A stretch of 64,000 bases of DNA from positions 62,001 through 126,000 of the forward strand of contig JALMLS010000479.1 of NCBI GenBank assembly GCA_038496445.1, written 5' to 3'. The stretch is from Trichosphaerium sp. ATCC 40318 (taxonomy: Eukaryota > Protista > Tubulinea). The notes beneath the pieces were generated by a model. It ran no database searches. It had not been told where the DNA came from and saw only the letters and a list, made by a program, of their open reading frames with translations. Within the stretch, counting starts at the first letter, position 1. Each line of letters begins with the position of its first letter. Below, piece after piece: positions 61,534-64,000 of this stretch. The position numbers and the translations under genes are program-made.

Positions 61534-64000
61534 ATGGATACCAAAGCTAAAAGAAAAAAACGCCGTCGCAAGTCAAGAGCCTATATAAAGATGGAGAGAG
61601 GGATAAAGATTGAAACAGCTAATGAAATCATCGAGTTGGCTCGTGAGCAGTATCCAGATATGAAGAAGCTCAGAGGTGGTGTAGTAATAACAGGCACGTG
61701 CAAAAAAAAAAAAAAACTCAGTCAAATAATTAATAACTCTGATACTTAGATTGTAGACGAGATGATAATCCAATAGTGTTCGCCAACCGTACGGCATATT
61801 TTTTATTCAAAAAAACCTTAGACAACTCGAGTTTTTCATAAAATTATATTAATTGACTTGTCGATAGATGATTTCGAGTGTCTCACGCTTCATCCTGTAC
61901 AAGACGTTATTGGGAAGAATTGTAGGATGCTTCAAGGTTCAGGGACATCAAAAGAACATGTTGATAGTATTCGGGCCAGCCTCAGTACTCGGAAGAAGTG
62001 TAAAATAGTGCGGTTCTTTTTTTATATTTTCGATGCGCTTTATTTGGCTAATTATTTTGTTTTTGTTTTTTTTCGGCTTCCTACACGTTTATTTGATTAA
62101 CTAAACACGTGGTGGGAAAGTATTTATTATTATTAATACGTTATTAATAAAGTGGATCTTTGTAGGAAATTTTAAACTACAGACGAAACGGAGTTCCTTT
62201 TTGGAACAGGTTGTCCATTTGGGGCGTATGCGCTGACTTGAAGCATCCAACTGAGATAAGTCACTACTTGGCTTGTATGAAAGATGTCACTATCAAAAGA
62301 CAGTCTGTAACTATACCTAAACAATGGACATGTGAAGAAGTCGCCATGTGGGCTGGTACACGATACTTGAGACAAACGAGAATCCGAAAAAAAAAGCCTT
62401 TAGTTGTCTCTTTTTTTTTTGGTGTTCAGCTATTGTCGTTGACAAACTCTTTCATAGACCGGCATGATTTTCACCACTATTCAAAAAACTTCATAGATCA
62501 AAATATAGATGGCGCTGAGCTTTGCAGAATGGGTAATTGATCAATTAAAAACACTTAATTTTTTTTTTGAACATAGAAAAAAATCAAAAACATCTTGTAT
62601 TTTACCGCCAAGTCTTAAAAAACGTTTTAGGTATTCCTGAGATACGTAAAAAAATAGGAATGGATAAACTCTCAGCAAAGGACTTACATATGAGCTTAAG
62701 GAGGAAAAAGAAACGTGCGGTTAAATTCATTTTTTCAAAAAATCAAAAAAATCAAGTGACAATCTTTTCCCTCATTTCTCTTCTAGGAAAGGCATCATTA
62801 CCTTCTACAATGCAACGTATGTTATTATTTGAGGGTTGAAACGGGTTTTTAAAACAAATTTATGTTTGATCAAATGGAGATTGTCACGTGATTCAAAATT
62901 TTGTTTTAACCCATTTTTAGAGCGTTTCATTGTGAAGGTTGAATACGGAAAGGATGCAACCATGACAATATTATTTGCATTGGATACAAAGGAAGCACTA
63001 CTCAAACGGTTCGTTTTTTTTAATTTTTTTCGGGATCTAAATATAAAAATAAATAAAAATAAAACCTCTTTTTTTATCAAATCGTCTTCTTATTGCCCTA
63101 GGATACGCGCATCATGGCCAAAACAGATAAAAGCGAGACAAGTCGTTTTATTAGCAGTTGGACCTAACAAAGTGCCTATGGCTATAAATACAACGACAGA
63201 TATCAAGGGAGTAGTGTAAGCTTCATTTTCTTTTTTTTTTTTTGTAAACGAAAAATTTTTCGGTTTTTTTTTTGTGTTGATGCTCGTGAACTGTTATCTC
63301 TTTGAAAACCGCTCACGTGATTATTTAGAGATGAAATTAGAGCAGGAAAGGAATATCACTTTGTATTGACTACAAGCATAATGAAACAGGCTCTCGAGTT
63401 AGGGAAGGACTGTAAGATTGCTATAGCGGTTATTAACTCTAAAAACAAAATAACTTTTGTGAACAAAACGCTGTGCAAATTTTCCGGGTACGTCCGTTCA
63501 TCTCCTTAATTTTTTTTTTGCGCAACAATCAATGTGTACCGAAAAATTCGGAAGACACAACTTTTGACAAATAAAATCTCCTTCACTGGCATGTGTGTTA
63601 TAACCACTCACATTGATATTATCTATCTTTAGGTATGATGAATGTGACTTGATAGGCAAGCATTTTAATATTCTCTCCGACTCCACGTTATCAAAAAATA
63701 TGGAAGAATCAAGTGCGTTTCTCCCTTTTTTTTTGAAATCTTCAGAGACTGCAATGTCTGAAAAAACCTGTCTGCTCTGTGTCCTCTTTTTCCTGTTTTT
63801 TATTCGGTATTACAGAAGAAGAAATTGGTCTCAAAACTGCAAGCGGAGATACGTTACCTAATGTTATAGCAACAACGTCATGGATACCAAGAAGAGAAAT
63901 ATATCTTTGGACAGCAACAATGGCCGAAAAGGCTTCCATCCTCCTAGGGACTTTACACCGGCCTCAAAAACTTAAAACAAATAATGGTAGGCATCCCTGG
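61534..64000 (+). CDS. LOV-SAM-PB1-like-PAS protein (putative flavin blue-light sensor); runs off the window, with a possible extra 5' exon near 61121
   Basis: GVVIT|DCRRDDNPIVFAN|.DFECLT..PVQDVIGKNCRMLQG...|EILNYRRNGVPFWN...DVT; PKQWTCEEVAMWA|...YSKNFIDQNIDGAEL (SAM); FIVKVEYG...LLKR|I (PB1-like); IAVINSKNKITFVNKTLCKFSG|YDECDLIGKHFNIL (PAS). Confidence 0.85.

Noticed and set aside
1-64000. tRNA/rRNA genes, prokaryotic operons or viral core genes
   Set aside because: None recognisable by eye; tRNAscan-SE or Infernal would be needed to exclude small RNAs.

Overview
AT-rich, intron-dense eukaryotic DNA, probably from a free-living protist (amoebozoan-like; this is inference only). Most introns are short GT-AG, and several are GC-AG. 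Recognisable housekeeping genes are the UTP14 3' end, an SLC6/NSS transporter, a 3-ketoacyl-CoA reductase-type SDR, eIF1/SUI1, an RRM/SR-like protein, a PH-only protein, a WRKY-like factor and a polytopic membrane protein. They are interleaved with a fast-evolving accessory layer. (1) Seven F-box/LRR genes or pseudogenes whose repeats alternate a homogenised scaffold with hypervariable beta-strand positions, including a recent inverted duplicate pair. (2) Three paralogous signal-peptide surface proteins, one of them a mosaic of the other two. (3) An F-box + Hint (Vint-type) gene split by a 1.15-kb TIR element whose removal restores the frame. (4) Two MITE-like elements. (5) A decayed MORN-variant repeat gene. 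Unusual domain architectures are LOV(Gln->Met)-SAM-PB1-like-PAS, and four LOTUS-like repeats fused to a lone eIF4A-like C-terminal domain. CACGTG is strongly over-represented throughout. All gene models were spliced by eye and no database searches were run.
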